64,000 nt of DNA, taken from positions 1 to 64,000 of the forward strand of contig QPGO01000226.1 in assembly GCA_008632985.1 (NCBI GenBank), read 5' to 3'. Origin of the DNA: Psammoneis japonica (Eukaryota). The stretch's first letter is position 1. Each line of letters starts with the position of its first letter. A program made the position numbers and the translations under genes. Positions 62,978-64,000 of the stretch are shown in pieces. The notes under the pieces were generated by a model. That model did not search any database. It had not been told where the DNA came from and was given only the letters and a program-made list of their open reading frames with translations.

Positions 62978-64000
62978 ATGAGCTGGTTGGTTTGGGGCAT
63001 TACGACAGCATGTCTTGTCATGTGCTTCCATCGTGCCGATGCGACGACGCAAGTTCTTCGTGCTGGAAACGACAATGGGTCTGTGCTACGAAAGCACAAG
63101 ACGATGGCAGAAAGCTCAAGGAAACCTACAAGAACAATCGACAATTGGTGGAGAACGTCATGATGTTCCATCCTACAAGTTATCTGTCGTTCGGGACAGT
63201 ACAAATAAAGCCCTCAAGGTTCCAAAATTTGTTGATGGCAAGCCGGAACCAATGAATGGAAAGCTGTATTTCGCTGCTTCGGACGGCGATCTTGGAAGCA
63301 ATCTCTGGGTTTATGATCCATTGAGCCGCAATGCTGAAATGGTGCAGGGGCATGAAGGCGTGTCGAATCCGCGTGGATTGAAAGCAATGGATGGAAAGCT
63401 GTATTTTCGTGCAAACGATGGAACGCATGGATTTGAGCTGTGGGAGCACGATCCAGCACGTGGCACGACGGAAATGCTAAAGGACATCCATCCTGGTCCC
63501 AAAGACTCATACCCAGTGAAATTGACACCAATGGATGGAAAGATGTACTTCGCTGCTGCTGATGGAGTGCATGTGACTCGGAACAAAATTCTGTTTCCAT
63601 CGGAAAGAGTCACGAGCTTTGGATGCATGATCCGGTGAGTCGTGCAACGGAAATAGTAAAGGACATTTGGCCTGGAAGCGGAGATTCATCTCCGTCGAGG
63701 TTGACACCAATGAATGGGAAGCTCTATTTTAGAGCTGATGATGGAACGCACGGACGTGAGGTCTGGGTGCATGATCCATTAAGTGACATAACTGAAATGA
63801 TAAAGGACATCAACCCTGTGCCACGAGTTTGAGCCTTATTTTTTTAGATTATTTTCGGCACCCATGGATGGAAGCTCTATTTCACAGAAGATGATGGAAT
63901 GCATGGAATGGAGCTTTGGGTGCACGATCCAGTGAGAAATGCAACGGAAATGGTGGAGGACATCAATCCTGGCACGCGGAAGTCGCATTCCAATCCGTCG
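62978..64000 (+). CDS. Secreted ELWxxDGT-type repeat protein; partial, frame-disrupted, possibly a pseudogene
   Basis: Signal-like MSWLVWGITTACLVMC; five ~48-aa repeats M(N/D)GKLYF.A.DG.HG.ELW.HDP; frame breaks at ~63150, ~63575 and ~63830. Confidence 0.75.

Overview
Eukaryotic, intron-containing genomic DNA, most likely from a pennate diatom (inference from ASAFAP-type plastid presequences, a CoDi-type Copia element and an Ambal-type LINE). Host genes: alpha/beta hydrolase, secreted subtilase, SAM methyltransferase, DNA polymerase epsilon catalytic subunit, CRTISO/phytoene-desaturase-like oxidoreductase, PspA-like protein, prolyl oligopeptidase, class-3 lipase and an ELWxxDGT-repeat protein. 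These alternate with islands of decayed transposons (hAT-like TIR element, LINE, Copia, CRE-like, Mutator-like, DIRS-like, MITEs). Main observation: every TE island, whatever its class, has lost TpA as well as CpG, both converted to TpG/CpA. Conserved Tyr codons have become His or Cys, surviving TpA sits almost only in TTA/TAA contexts, and genes and most TE termini are spared. This looks like a repeat-targeted hypermutation process running in the opposite direction to fungal RIP. Second observation: a ~5.1-kb patchwork of unrelated gene fragments is inserted precisely into the prolyl oligopeptidase gene; it contains an N-gap, so an assembly artefact is possible. Many single-base frameshifts in host genes are probably sequencing errors. 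All family calls come from motif recognition by eye, not database searches.
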